Shown one piece after another: positions 1 through 10,041 of a stretch of DNA of 64,000 nucleotides. A program made the position numbers and the translations under genes. This stretch comes from a virus. The notes under the pieces were generated by a model. It was not told the origin of the DNA. It did no database searches and worked only from the letters and a program-made list of their open reading frames with translations. Position 1 is the stretch's first letter, and each line of letters starts with the position of its first letter. The stretch is from positions 17,900-81,899 of the IMG/VR virus record IMGVR_UViG_3300032315_000747, one strand, 5' to 3'.

Positions 1-67
1 AAGCCAGTGAAGAATCAATGGGAAATTGATTTAGCACGATTTAAAGAACAGGCGACAACCAGTCGTC

Positions 68-832
68 GTGGATAAAGTAGTTGTCATCGTAACGGGAGGC
101 TTCGATCCACTGCATAGCGGGCATTTGAGTTATATCAATGCAGCGCGTGCATTGGGTGACATTCTCGTTGTGGGAATCAATAGTGATGAGTGGCTGATAC
201 GTAAGAAGGATCGGCCATTCATGTCACACCAAGAAAGATCGGCTATCATGGCAGCTTTACTGGGTGTAGATTATGTGTGGACATTCGATGATGCTGATGG
301 TAGCGGCAAAGATGCTATTCGAATAGCAAGAAATATGTTTCCAGATTCGAAACTAATCTTTGCTAACGGAGGCGACCGTACCATCGAAAATATTCCTGAA
401 ATGGATATAGATGATGACAACATCGAATTTGCATTTGGTGTTGGCGGCAGTAACAAAGCCAATAGTTCAAGTCAGTTACTACACGAATGGAAAGTACCCA
501 AAACAAATCGTAGCTGGGGATATTATCGAGTATTACACGACCAGCATCCCGGAGTGAAACTCAAAGAACTTGTAATCGATCCGGGCAAATGTTTGAGTAT
601 GCAGCGGCACAAAAATAGATCAGAACTGTGGTTTGTTGCAGAAGGGATAGCTCTGCTAAAAAGCCAAACTGATGTTCCAACAGTACATGAACGGTTTGAT
701 ATTATCAATGTTCCCAAAGATAGCTGGCACCAACTGGCAAACGCATCATCGGACAGTCCATTAAAGATCATCGAGATTCAATATGGCACAGAATGCAACG
801 AAGAAGACATAGAGAGAAAACATAATGCGTAA
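68..832 (+). CDS. Cytidylyltransferase (HIGH-motif) fused to a cupin/mannose-6-phosphate isomerase-like domain
   Basis: N-terminal TGGFDPLHSGH (HxGH) and ANGGDR motifs; C-terminal RSWGYY...LSMQRH..RSELW...EIQYG, typical of the type II PMI cupin. Confidence 0.85.
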   Translation: MDKVVVIVTGGFDPLHSGHLSYINAARALGDILVVGINSDEWLIRKKDRPFMSHQERSAIMAALLGVDYVWTFDDADGSGKDAIRIARNMFPDSKLIFANGGDRTIENIPEMDIDDDNIEFAFGVGGSNKANSSSQLLHEWKVPKTNRSWGYYRVLHDQHPGVKLKELVIDPGKCLSMQRHKNRSELWFVAEGIALLKSQTDVPTVHERFDIINVPKDSWHQLANASSDSPLKIIEIQYGTECNEEDIERKHNA

Positions 833-2012
833 CCTATTCTACATGGGGCTTGAGGCCTATACCGCTCGTTACACACTACAACTTACAGACTGGAACAGTC
901 GGGTATTTCATGACCGTAAACTCAAGGTCGTTTATGTTCCCGGAACAACTCTAGGCAACAGTCAAAAGATTGTTGTCGGACAAGTACTAGATGCACATGG
1001 TCGCAGCTATTTTGCCATGAGTCAGATGATGAATCTGGTAGCGATGATGCAAAAAGGTGAAATTACTAACGAAGACGTAATCTACTTCGAAGATATGTTT
1101 CAGCCGGGCTTTGAGAGTCTTGGGTATATCTTGAATCAGGTCCCCGATAAGCTACGTCCGCGTATCTTTGTTCGTTGTCTTGCACAGACTATCGACCCAG
1201 ATGACTTTGTTCATGTCTGGGGCATGAACAAGTGGATGGGAAATTACGAACATATGGTTAATGACATCGTTTCTTTCTCTAAGGGTGCAATTCTCGCAAC
1301 CAGTGAAGAAATGGTCATGAACATGAAGATTGCAGGTTGGACTGCTCCTATCTATAATATCTCAGGACTTGCTTTTGGCAAGTATGAAGTTATTGGGCGA
1401 GTAGAAAAGATTAAGGCTTTTACTGATCGTCGTATGCGAGTTGTGTTCTCGGCCAGATGGGATCAGGAGAAGCAGCCAGACTTCTATATGGATTTGATTG
1501 AAGCATGGAGTGAAAGATATCCCAGTAAAGATGTTGAGTTCGTTGTTTGTAGTGGTAGTTCACTGAAGTCAAACAATGAAAGTTACATGGTCCGTACTCG
1601 TAAGATGCAAGATAGCGGCAAGCTGACTATCTACGAAAACCTCGAAAAGGATCAGTATTACGAGATTCTTAACGATAGTCGTGTAGTCTTCAATTGTGCA
1701 TTGCAAGATTGGGTCTCAAACACGGTAAGCGAAGCAGATGCATTAGGTTGTAACGTACTTTATCCAGCGTATCGCTCGTTCCCTGAAACATTCGCAAATG
1801 ATCATGAACGTCTCTATACGCCATGGTCGTTAGAAGATGCAGTCAATAAGTTGGATCCTCTTCTCAGGAAACCGCATCCAAATATGGGTAAAATCAGTGA
1901 CTGGACTAATAGTACTGTTGATCGCATCGTTGATATCATTGAAGGTAAAGGTGAAGGGTGGTTACGCATGTCAACTGACTATCGTAAGTATTCTAAGGAA
2001 GCAAAGTACTAA
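825..2012 (+). CDS. GT-B glycosyltransferase
   Basis: [11 protein letters not shown] and [10 protein letters not shown] motifs resemble the GT4 nucleotide-sugar binding domain; overlaps both neighbours (operon). Confidence 0.7.
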   Translation: MRNLFYMGLEAYTARYTLQLTDWNSRVFHDRKLKVVYVPGTTLGNSQKIVVGQVLDAHGRSYFAMSQMMNLVAMMQKGEITNEDVIYFEDMFQPGFESLGYILNQVPDKLRPRIFVRCLAQTIDPDDFVHVWGMNKWMGNYEHMVNDIVSFSKGAILATSEEMVMNMKIAGWTAPIYNISGLAFGKYEVIGRVEKIKAFTDRRMRVVFSARWDQEKQPDFYMDLIEAWSERYPSKDVEFVVCSGSSLKSNNESYMVRTRKMQDSGKLTIYENLEKDQYYEILNDSRVVFNCALQDWVSNTVSEADALGCNVLYPAYRSFPETFANDHERLYTPWSLEDAVNKLDPLLRKPHPNMGKISDWTNSTVDRIVDIIEGKGEGWLRMSTDYRKYSKEAKY

Positions 2013-3076
2013 TGCATATTGAAAACGAAATTCTGCTAGACTTTGGTGATGTGTTGATTCGGCCAAAAAGGTCAACACTAGCTAGCCGTAAAGAAGTACA
2101 TCTGCATCGAACCTATACATTTAAGCATAGCGGTCATGTTTGGAATGGTATCCCTATTATAGCTGCTAACATGGATGGTGTAGGCACCGTCGAAATGGCT
2201 TTGGCATTGCAAACTCAAGACATATTTACTTGCTTAACCAAAGATAATATTGAAATTCCCCATGGGTTAAATTCTGATAGATATGCTATCAGTACAGGCA
2301 CAAGTGATAAAGATTTTGAACGCTTGCAAATGCTATTAAACAAGCATCCTTATATTCATTTTATCTGCATTGATGTTGCTAACGGATATAGCGAACACTT
2401 TGGTGACTTTGTTGCTAAGGTTAGAAAAGAATACCCCGCTCATACAATCATTGCGGGCAATGTTGTTACCGCAGATATGACACAGGAGTTAATTTTACGT
2501 GGAGCAGATATTGTTAAGGTGGGCATCGGGCCTGGGAGCGTTTGCACAACTCGTATTCAAACTGGCGTTGGTTATCCTCAGCTTAGTGCTATTGTGGAGT
2601 GCAGTGATGCTGCTCACGGTCTTGGTGGCCATATCATCGCCGACGGAGGCTGCACCTGTCCAGGAGATGTTGCCAAGGCGTTCGGCGCCGGTGCAGATTT
2701 CGTGATGCTAGGTGGAATGCTTGCTGGCCACGACGAGGGCGGCGGAAAAATATTCAAACGCTGGGTAAAAACTGAATATTCTAGTGAACTAGGTAAACCC
2801 ATTCGCGATTGCGAATACCGAGTACAGTTCTATGGTATGAGTTCCGATTCGGCTATGCATAAGCATCACGGCAGTGTTGCTGACTATCGTAGTAGTGAAG
2901 GACGCACGGTAGAGATTCCTTATAAGGGTCCGGTAGAAGATACTGTTAAGGATATTCTGGGCGGGCTCCGTAGTACTTGCACTTACGTCGGAGCAAGTGA
3001 ACTTAAGCACCTTAGCAAATGCACAACCTTTGTTCGGGTAAATAAACAATTTAATGATATATACGTCAAGCGATAA
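2012..3076 (+). CDS. guaC: GMP reductase
   Basis: [66 protein letters not shown]. Confidence 0.95.
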   Translation: MHIENEILLDFGDVLIRPKRSTLASRKEVHLHRTYTFKHSGHVWNGIPIIAANMDGVGTVEMALALQTQDIFTCLTKDNIEIPHGLNSDRYAISTGTSDKDFERLQMLLNKHPYIHFICIDVANGYSEHFGDFVAKVRKEYPAHTIIAGNVVTADMTQELILRGADIVKVGIGPGSVCTTRIQTGVGYPQLSAIVECSDAAHGLGGHIIADGGCTCPGDVAKAFGAGADFVMLGGMLAGHDEGGGKIFKRWVKTEYSSELGKPIRDCEYRVQFYGMSSDSAMHKHHGSVADYRSSEGRTVEIPYKGPVEDTVKDILGGLRSTCTYVGASELKHLSKCTTFVRVNKQFNDIYVKR

Positions 3077-3158
3077 ATAATAATGTAGCACAAAGGCTAC
3101 AAAGTGAGAGTGACCTCTCCGTTGGGTATTAACGTTAGATACTTTGAAAGGAAAACAT

Positions 3159-3839
3159 ATGTCTTTTAATAAAAATAAATGTGACCCCGAATTGGGTCGT
3201 CTCGTTCACGAACATCTTGTAAAGATGGGTGTTGAAACTCCCGCTATCGAAAACAATCTCAGCAGAACAGACAAAATTGAGATCATTGAACGCAAGTTTA
3301 AGGATATCATGGAAACCTTAGGGCTTGACCTAAGTGATGATAGTCTTATTGAAACTCCGAAGCGTGTTGCCAAAATGTATGTAGGTGAAATCTTTTGGGG
3401 CCTCGACTATGAAGCATTTCCCAAGTGTACTACAGTTGACAACAAGATGAAGTACAACGAGATGGTCGTTGAACGCAACGTGAATGTGCAATCTAACTGT
3501 GAGCATCATTTTATTGTAATCTCCGGTCTTGCTACTGTAGCATATGTACCAAACGAAAAGGTTCTTGGATTAAGCAAGATCAATAGGATAGTGGAATATT
3601 TCAGTAAGCGGCCTCAGATTCAAGAACGTCTTACTGAACAGGTATTTCACACTCTTTGCTACATTCTCGAAACCCAAGATGTTGCAGTCATGATTGATGC
3701 CCAGCACTATTGTGTCAAGTCACGCGGTGTAGAAGATACAGGGTCAAGCACGGTAACGTGTAAGCTGGGTGGTGGATTCAAGTCTGACCCTGCTGCTCGT
3801 GCAGAGTTTCTTAGTATCGCTCGCATGGGTAAGTGCTAA
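3159..3839 (+). CDS. folE: GTP cyclohydrolase I
   Basis: ETPKRVAKMY, CEHHF, GLSKINRIVEYFSKRPQIQERLT, HYCVKSRGV; ATG 3159 follows a GAAAGGA RBS. Confidence 0.95.
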   Translation: MSFNKNKCDPELGRLVHEHLVKMGVETPAIENNLSRTDKIEIIERKFKDIMETLGLDLSDDSLIETPKRVAKMYVGEIFWGLDYEAFPKCTTVDNKMKYNEMVVERNVNVQSNCEHHFIVISGLATVAYVPNEKVLGLSKINRIVEYFSKRPQIQERLTEQVFHTLCYILETQDVAVMIDAQHYCVKSRGVEDTGSSTVTCKLGGGFKSDPAARAEFLSIARMGKC

Positions 3840-4069
3840 CGGAATTTATCATATCAATGGCCCAGCTAGACCTTCACAGCGTTAAGCACCAGGATGTTGA
3901 TCTGTTAGTGGAGAACTTCGTTCTAATGAACCAGAATGAGTTCCCACTAACTATCATCTGCGGTAACAGCATTAAAATGATTAAGCTGGTTGAGAATACG
4001 ATAAATAGGATTGGATGCGATGCAACTATGATCAGACATGGATTCATAGTTATTCAGCGTATCAAATAA
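3833..4069 (+). CDS. Small Smr-like protein
   Basis: LDLHSV and LTIICGNS resemble Smr LDLHG/IITGxG motifs; true start may be ATG 3857. Confidence 0.4.
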   Translation: MLTEFIISMAQLDLHSVKHQDVDLLVENFVLMNQNEFPLTIICGNSIKMIKLVENTINRIGCDATMIRHGFIVIQRIK

Positions 4070-4071
4070 AC

Positions 4072-4112
4072 AGCGGTCTTGGCGTCATTCCCGCTTGACA
4101 AACTCTGCCGCC
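4072..4112 (+). promoter_or_regulatory. Candidate H-type pseudoknot (preQ-type riboswitch-like) in the queD leader, overlapping a possible sigma70 promoter
   Basis: Stem AGCGG/CCGCT; loop GGCG complementary to downstream CGCC; TTGACA-N17-TATGCT is also present. Confidence 0.4.
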
Positions 4113-4141
4113 TATGTTATGCTAATATAGGAGATTAAAAT

Positions 4142-4645
4142 ATGGCAAATCAACCAGTAAGTTACAAGTACACGAGTACTAAAGAATATCATGATTCGTT
4201 TCCGTGCGCCTATCGTCAGTGGCGTGCTGATAGTCATTGTAATAACATTCATGGCTACAGTTTTTCCATGAAGTTCTACTTTGGAACCAACGACCTCGAT
4301 GTCCGCAACTGGTGTGCAGACTACGGTGGTATGAAGGAACTCAAGAAGATTCTAGAAGATCAGTTTGATCATACCTTGCTTGTCGCAGAAGATGATCCTG
4401 AACTTGAGATGTTCAAGTTGCTACAAGAAAAGAAGATGGCTAAGTTGACGATCCTTCCCAAGTTGGGTTGCGAGAGTCTTGCTGATATGCTATACAAGTA
4501 TATCAATGGTGTCTACATTCCTGAAATGTGGGGACAAGGTGAAGCCGATCGTCTTTGGTGTTACAGGGTTGAGGTAAGAGAAACGCAAAGTAATATGGCC
4601 TTTCGTGAAGGCCACAGATGTTGGAATGAGGATCTGTTAGGGTAA
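4142..4645 (+). CDS. queD: 6-carboxy-5,6,7,8-tetrahydropterin synthase
   Basis: HCNNIHGYS (C-x3-HG) metal motif, FDHTLL, VEVRET; lies between folE and queE. Confidence 0.9.
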   Translation: MANQPVSYKYTSTKEYHDSFPCAYRQWRADSHCNNIHGYSFSMKFYFGTNDLDVRNWCADYGGMKELKKILEDQFDHTLLVAEDDPELEMFKLLQEKKMAKLTILPKLGCESLADMLYKYINGVYIPEMWGQGEADRLWCYRVEVRETQSNMAFREGHRCWNEDLLG

Positions 4646-4651
4646 GACGTA

Positions 4652-5200
4652 ATGGGCAAAGAGATACATTTCAACAACGTCAATGAACTTGTTCATAACA
4701 TCATAAGACAGATTACGGTAGACCAGTTTCGACCTGATTATGTTGTAGGCATTACCAGAGGAGGATTAGTTCCTGCTCTAATGATTAGCCATTATTTGAA
4801 TATTCCAATGCATACACTAAAAGTAAGTTTGCGTAGCGATCCCCCTGATACCGAACAAAATGCCTGGATGTCCGAAGATGCATTTGGGTATGTTTCGTCG
4901 GATGATCGCCCTATCATAAAGAGTCGTTGGGATACAAAAAAGCGTAAAAATATCCTGATCGTGGATGACATCAACGATAGCGGCGCGACCTTTGATTGGG
5001 TTAAACAAGATTGGATTAATAGCTGCTTCCCGGATCAAAAAGAAGCTTGGGATTCAGTCTGGAATCATAATGTGAAGTTTGCTGTTTTGGTAGATAACGA
5101 AGCAAGTGACTTTGGAGGTATCGACTACTTCGGGGAATCTATAAACAAGATTGAAGATCCGGTCTCTATTCGATTTCCTTGGGAGCGGTGGTGGAAGTAA
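4652..5200 (+). CDS. Type I purine phosphoribosyltransferase (Gpt-like)
   Basis: VVGITRGGLVPA, PRPP-binding ILIVDDINDSGAT, C-terminal FPWE. Confidence 0.9.
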   Translation: MGKEIHFNNVNELVHNIIRQITVDQFRPDYVVGITRGGLVPALMISHYLNIPMHTLKVSLRSDPPDTEQNAWMSEDAFGYVSSDDRPIIKSRWDTKKRKNILIVDDINDSGATFDWVKQDWINSCFPDQKEAWDSVWNHNVKFAVLVDNEASDFGGIDYFGESINKIEDPVSIRFPWERWWK

Positions 5201-5610
5201 TGAATGTCGTTCCATTGCGAGACGATCTAATGGTTCAGCAACAGATCACATCTGAGTGGCAACATATGGTAGGGGTGATCATGTTGAACCAGACTCATAG
5301 ATTGTTGGTAAAAAGGGTCCTTCCTGAATTCTTATCTAGATGGGACACATGTGAGAAGTTCTTGGCAAGTACGAGCGAAGAAGTATACGAAGTTATACGT
5401 CCACTTGGACTAGTCGCCGTTCGGGAAAACCGAATTAGAAGGATGTCCAATCAATACTTGACATGGGACAAGAGTGATGCTACAGTTCTTTATGGTATAG
5501 GAAAGTATGGCAGTGATAGTTATGAGATTTTCTTTAAGAACAACTATGCTGTACAACCTACTGATAAAGAATTAGTGCGATACTTAAGAGAAGAATGCAT
5601 AGATGCATAA
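5200..5610 (+). CDS. HhH-GPD DNA glycosylase, MBD4-like
   Basis: IMLNQT, IRPLGL and LYGIGKYGSDSY (cf. MBD4 LHGIGKYGNDSY), catalytic Asp in PTDKEL. Confidence 0.8.
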   Translation: MNVVPLRDDLMVQQQITSEWQHMVGVIMLNQTHRLLVKRVLPEFLSRWDTCEKFLASTSEEVYEVIRPLGLVAVRENRIRRMSNQYLTWDKSDATVLYGIGKYGSDSYEIFFKNNYAVQPTDKELVRYLREECIDA

Positions 5611-5776
5611 TAAAATTGTGAATTATATAGATGCTAAGAATGGTAGGCATTTGTATTCTATTCCTTTCTACGATCCAGATAACTTATATGAAGGTTGGTT
5701 TTACAAATCGGGCGACAAATATAAGACATATGAAGAATATCTAAAAGAACGAGACAATGACGCAAATCAAGGTTAG
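5603..5776 (+). CDS. Small hypothetical protein (57 aa, not in ORF track)
   Basis: ATG 5603 to TAG 5776, MHNKIVNYIDAKNGRHLYSIPFYD...; fills the gap and overlaps both neighbours. Confidence 0.5.
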   Translation: MHNKIVNYIDAKNGRHLYSIPFYDPDNLYEGWFYKSGDKYKTYEEYLKERDNDANQG

Positions 5777-6611
5777 TGAACTATTTTATTCTATTCAGGG
5801 TGAAGGCAGGTATCAAGGCGTACCTAGCATTTTCCTAAGAACGTTTGGCTGCAACTTCACGTGTGGAGGATTTGGCATGCCTAAGGGAGAAACATCTGTT
5901 GAACGGAAAAAGGTCGACCCGAAAGTTTACAAAGATTACGATTCTCTCCCGCTCGTCACCACTGGTTGCGATTCTTACGCCTCATGGGACCCTCGCTTCA
6001 AGCATCTCTCTCCTAGCAAGGACATTGATACCATTGTTGATGACATCATAGAATTACTACCGTTTAAAGAATGGCGAGAAGAACATCTTGTCATCACCGG
6101 AGGAGAACCACTACTTGGATGGCAGCGAGCTTTCCCAAAACTCTTGAGTCATCCTAAGATGAAGGGTCTCAAAGAGATTACTTTTGAGACTAATGGTACA
6201 CAGGAACTTTCACCTGAGTTCGCACACTATCTTGAAGACTGGAGCTGGCCAGAAGTATATCCGGGATTTGAACGAGAAATTACTTTTAGCGTCAGTCCTA
6301 AGTTAAGTTGTTCCGGTGAGTCTCATAAAAGTGCGATCAAACCTAAGGTTGTGCGTGAATATGAGGAATTTGGCTATGCATACCTCAAGTTTGTGATTGC
6401 TACAGAAGAAGATGCGCAGGAAGCTCTTGAAGTAACTAAGCTCTATCGTGATGAAGGTTTTGAAGGGCCTGTATATTTCATGCCCGTCGGTGGAGTAGAG
6501 AGTGTATATCAATTGAACAACCGTACAGTTGCCGAGTTAGCGATGAAGTATGGGATCAGATATAGTGACAGGCTTCACATTCCTCTTTGGGGTAATCGAT
6601 GGGGAACGTAA
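5757..6611 (+). CDS. queE: 7-carboxy-7-deazaguanine synthase (radical SAM)
   Basis: ELFYSIQGEG, FLRTFGCNFTC...GCDSYASW (expanded Cys motif), ITGGEPLL, ETNGT, SVSPKL, RLHIPLWG. Confidence 0.92.
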   Translation: MTQIKVSELFYSIQGEGRYQGVPSIFLRTFGCNFTCGGFGMPKGETSVERKKVDPKVYKDYDSLPLVTTGCDSYASWDPRFKHLSPSKDIDTIVDDIIELLPFKEWREEHLVITGGEPLLGWQRAFPKLLSHPKMKGLKEITFETNGTQELSPEFAHYLEDWSWPEVYPGFEREITFSVSPKLSCSGESHKSAIKPKVVREYEEFGYAYLKFVIATEEDAQEALEVTKLYRDEGFEGPVYFMPVGGVESVYQLNNRTVAELAMKYGIRYSDRLHIPLWGNRWGT

Positions 6612-6620
6612 AGGTAAAAT

Positions 6621-7964
6621 ATGAATACCTATAACAAACGTATTGGATTTCTAGTCAGTTCTCAGACCTTGATTCCGCACGGTGGAATAGGACAGTTCGC
6701 TAAGAGTTTCTGCGAATTGATGGATAGTCATGGAATTAAAGTAGATATCATCACCGACAAAGCTCCGCAAGGACTCAGTACCGAGTTCTTAGAATCATTC
6801 GATGCTACCGTTATTTATCCAGACATCCCACTCAAGTATACTGATCATAGTGCTATCTTTATGTATGAAGATAGTTTCTGCTATGAAAGAATGGCTAACT
6901 TCCGTAATGCTATCGTTAAAGCATTCACTACCAACATCTATGACGTACTAGTATGTAATACCTATGAAGCGATTCAAGTCGCAAGTACTATGGGACTTGA
7001 CGAATGTGTACAGGTCATCGCATATACTCATCTTGAGAGTCAAATTTTCAAAGATACAAAGAATCCATTCTTTCATAGCACTAATGAGATGATGCGATTA
7101 CAGTTGCAGATGAATAATATCACTATCGGTACGCAAAGCAAGTTCAATGAACTTCAGTTCGATGGTATGGCTACGCATCTTCCTATTCCAGTGACTGAGA
7201 AAGAATTACTAAATCAGTACGTCAACCCCAGGGAAGGTGTGTTGTTCATCGGACGTTGGGAAGAGGGAAAGAATCCTGAGTTGTTTATCGATCTGATCGA
7301 GCAGACTAAATTGCCAGCTAAGGTAATGACAAGTGCAACTGGTGCTAAGAAGTTCGAAGAACGATTGAAAAAGATCAATGCTACTTATGAGATCAAGGTG
7401 GGCATCATCGGCAAAGAGAAGGTAGACTTCATCACCGGTGCAAGAGTAGCATTTAATCCTAGCACAGTTGAAAGCTATGGCATGGCGTTCTATGAGCAAA
7501 CTATGCAATTGCCTACTTTCTGTTTGGAGAATCAACGCTGGACCCGAAACTTTTCTTCTCAGTTTTTCTTCGAAACCGACAAGAAAAACATGGCAGATGA
7601 TGTACAGCAGACATATGAGATGTTCGATACCGCCGAATCATGGTACGGTAAGGGAGCATTGGTAAATGCGAATCAGATCGAAAGCCAAGTGTTTCACAAG
7701 TGGAATCAGTGTTTCAATTCATTCAAACCAAAAACGTCTAATAGCAATACAGCTAAGATTTGTAAAGAAACTTCTATTAAGTATGCAGATTTTATCGATG
7801 GGTTGAATCGCGGTCTTCTGTGCATCGATGATATCAAGTCGGTGTTGATGAACAAGAATAAGTTTAGAGTGATTTATACAGATACTAATACATATCTGAC
7901 TAAGGAACCTAACTTTGAACCATCTGAAGAAATGGTTGGATTAGGATTATTCGAGGGACTATGA
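6621..7964 (+). CDS. GT4-family glycosyltransferase
   Basis: PHGGIG, LFIGRWEEGKNP, PSTVESYGMAFYE (E-x7-E) motifs. Confidence 0.8.
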   Translation: MNTYNKRIGFLVSSQTLIPHGGIGQFAKSFCELMDSHGIKVDIITDKAPQGLSTEFLESFDATVIYPDIPLKYTDHSAIFMYEDSFCYERMANFRNAIVKAFTTNIYDVLVCNTYEAIQVASTMGLDECVQVIAYTHLESQIFKDTKNPFFHSTNEMMRLQLQMNNITIGTQSKFNELQFDGMATHLPIPVTEKELLNQYVNPREGVLFIGRWEEGKNPELFIDLIEQTKLPAKVMTSATGAKKFEERLKKINATYEIKVGIIGKEKVDFITGARVAFNPSTVESYGMAFYEQTMQLPTFCLENQRWTRNFSSQFFFETDKKNMADDVQQTYEMFDTAESWYGKGALVNANQIESQVFHKWNQCFNSFKPKTSNSNTAKICKETSIKYADFIDGLNRGLLCIDDIKSVLMNKNKFRVIYTDTNTYLTKEPNFEPSEEMVGLGLFEGL

Positions 7965-8812
7965 AAAAGATATTAGTAACAGGATGTTCCGGCTATATTG
8001 GATCACATCTTTGTAAATTGCTTGAGAAAGAGTACGAAGTATATGGACTTGATATCAGGCAGCCATTGCATCCAGTCAAGGAATTCTTTCAGCTTGACAT
8101 TAATCGTCCGTTCAACATTGAACAAGAATTCGATTCAGTAGTGCATCTTGCAGCACTTGTAAATGTAGGCGAGAGCGAAAGTATGCCTATTCAGTATTAT
8201 ATTACTAATCTGAATGGGACGATGAATGTAATCAATAAAGTGAAGACACGGAACTTTATTTTTGCGTCGACCGGTGCAGCAGATCATTGCGAGAGTGCAT
8301 ATGGAATCTCGAAACGAGCAGCAGAAGATGTAGTTCGGGAATATTGTACCCAGCATAAGACTATGCCATATACAATTTTTAGATTCTATAATGTGATCGG
8401 TTCATCAGGTTATCCTCCTACTAACCCAGACGGATTGATGTACAATCTGATGAAGGCTGCTGACACCAAAGAGTTTACTGTTTTCGGTGATGATTATGAT
8501 ACCCCAGACGGTACCTGCATTCGAGATTATGTTCACGTAGATGAAGTATGTGAAGCAATCAAGATGGCTATCGAGCAACCTGCCAATAAAGTAGAATGTT
8601 TAGGGCATGGTGTAGGATATTCGGTACTGGAAATCTTTGAGAAATTTGAAATGGTAAACGCAGAAACCATTTATTCTGATGATGACGAAGAAGGCATCAA
8701 GATAAAGATTGGACCCCGCAGAAAAGGGGACATCTCTTGTAGCGTACTAGAAGAAGTGTCCCCTTATATGAAAAATTTGTATTCGTTTACCGAGTTGTTG
8801 AAACTTTACTAA
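7961..8812 (+). CDS. NAD-dependent epimerase/dehydratase (GalE-like)
   Basis: TGCSGYIG, HLAALVNVGES, YGISK (YxxxK), DGTCIRDYVHV. Confidence 0.9.
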   Translation: MKKILVTGCSGYIGSHLCKLLEKEYEVYGLDIRQPLHPVKEFFQLDINRPFNIEQEFDSVVHLAALVNVGESESMPIQYYITNLNGTMNVINKVKTRNFIFASTGAADHCESAYGISKRAAEDVVREYCTQHKTMPYTIFRFYNVIGSSGYPPTNPDGLMYNLMKAADTKEFTVFGDDYDTPDGTCIRDYVHVDEVCEAIKMAIEQPANKVECLGHGVGYSVLEIFEKFEMVNAETIYSDDDEEGIKIKIGPRRKGDISCSVLEEVSPYMKNLYSFTELLKLY

Positions 8813-10041
8813 TGCATCAATAGAAACGTATTAAGAACGTCATTACGGTTAGCAGAGTCATCTCCGTCTCCCGGTTTAACAATGACATTATACTTACCCT
8901 TTTCATTACTGACTGGTCTCTTCATCATCTCGTCATATGTCAATATCGAATCGGGCTTTACGCTATATTTAGCAGCTAGTCGAGCCTTCAGAGCATTGAT
9001 CGAAGATTGATCTTTATATACGAGCTTACCTTCCACCCGATCAAGAACGTCCTTGAATAATACTTCAGGAACAACTCGGCTATTCTTAGTTGTTGCGAAA
9101 TCGATCTGTTGTTCTTCTTTGGGCTTCGCGCCCATCGAGTAATTCATCTTGAAATTGTTGGGTGCTTTACCTTGAGCGACATTTGCTAATTTAGTATACG
9201 CATAGAAAGATACGTCAGGATACTTTTTAGCTAAGTCATACGCATACTTAAGATATTCAGGAGAGAAGAAATCACCAGCATCATGCCAACGAATGATGAG
9301 TTTAGTTTTTGTGCCTTTTTTGTTATCGATCTTTGTTAACTTTTTACTTTGTGCTTCGATCTCGTTTCCTAGCATATCCATGAATCCTTGGGGATCGTTA
9401 TACAAGAAGTTCAGTAGCTTAGATTGTTCGAGTGATGGGCTAGTCCACATGATATAACCACCCTTCATCGCATAGCAATATGTCTGACATGCACCGGCGC
9501 CCGGACAAGTATCAATGATTACGAACTCGCCGGTATCTTCATCGACTGCCAGTCCTTTCAGAGCAGGAAGACCAATATTGTAGAACGCGCTGGCGGTACC
9601 ATCACTGTGTTGCATCTTTTCGTTCTGCTTGAGAACCTTCGCCGGACGCTTGGTGATCATAGCTCTTAGCTTTTCTAGATCATATTCTTTGTTTTCTTCA
9701 TCGACGATAGGAACATTCTTATTATGAATGTATGGCATCGTGAACTTATCTTGCTTAGTCTTTTCACTCTTGCGAATCTTACCGCCTGCTTTATTGACTT
9801 TGCCTGTATCGGTACCTAAGGTTCTACTTAAATATTTAGTTAGTTCATCTTTTGGAAAAGGTCTTGCTGGCGCAGCTAATTTCGCTTCATCCACTTCTAC
9901 TTCTTGTGGTTCGACCCCTGCACCGAGAAGGAAATTCTCAAGAGACATCGCCGGCAACCCAAACCCACCCGAAACAGGTGTTTTTTGCTTGACGGGCCGA
10001 GAATTTTCACTTATGATATCTAAGATGTTACGAATATCCAT
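8809..10041 (-). CDS. GP88-like Fe-S protein with capsid-targeting-like N-terminus
   Basis: CPGAGACQTYCYA, RWHDAGDF, FYAYTK motifs; late promoter ATAAATA at 10065-10071 (-). Confidence 0.65.
   Translation of the reverse strand: MDIRNILDIISENSRPVKQKTPVSGGFGLPAMSLENFLLGAGVEPQEVEVDEAKLAAPARPFPKDELTKYLSRTLGTDTGKVNKAGGKIRKSEKTKQDKFTMPYIHNKNVPIVDEENKEYDLEKLRAMITKRPAKVLKQNEKMQHSDGTASAFYNIGLPALKGLAVDEDTGEFVIIDTCPGAGACQTYCYAMKGGYIMWTSPSLEQSKLLNFLYNDPQGFMDMLGNEIEAQSKKLTKIDNKKGTKTKLIIRWHDAGDFFSPEYLKYAYDLAKKYPDVSFYAYTKLANVAQGKAPNNFKMNYSMGAKPKEEQQIDFATTKNSRVVPEVLFKDVLDRVEGKLVYKDQSSINALKARLAAKYSVKPDSILTYDEMMKRPVSNEKGKYNVIVKPGDGDDSANRNDVLNTFLLMH

Noticed and set aside
3077-3158. Possible THF-II/folE riboswitch upstream of folE
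   Set aside because: Only a short GAGAG/CTCTC hairpin is present; I could not match the motif consensus.
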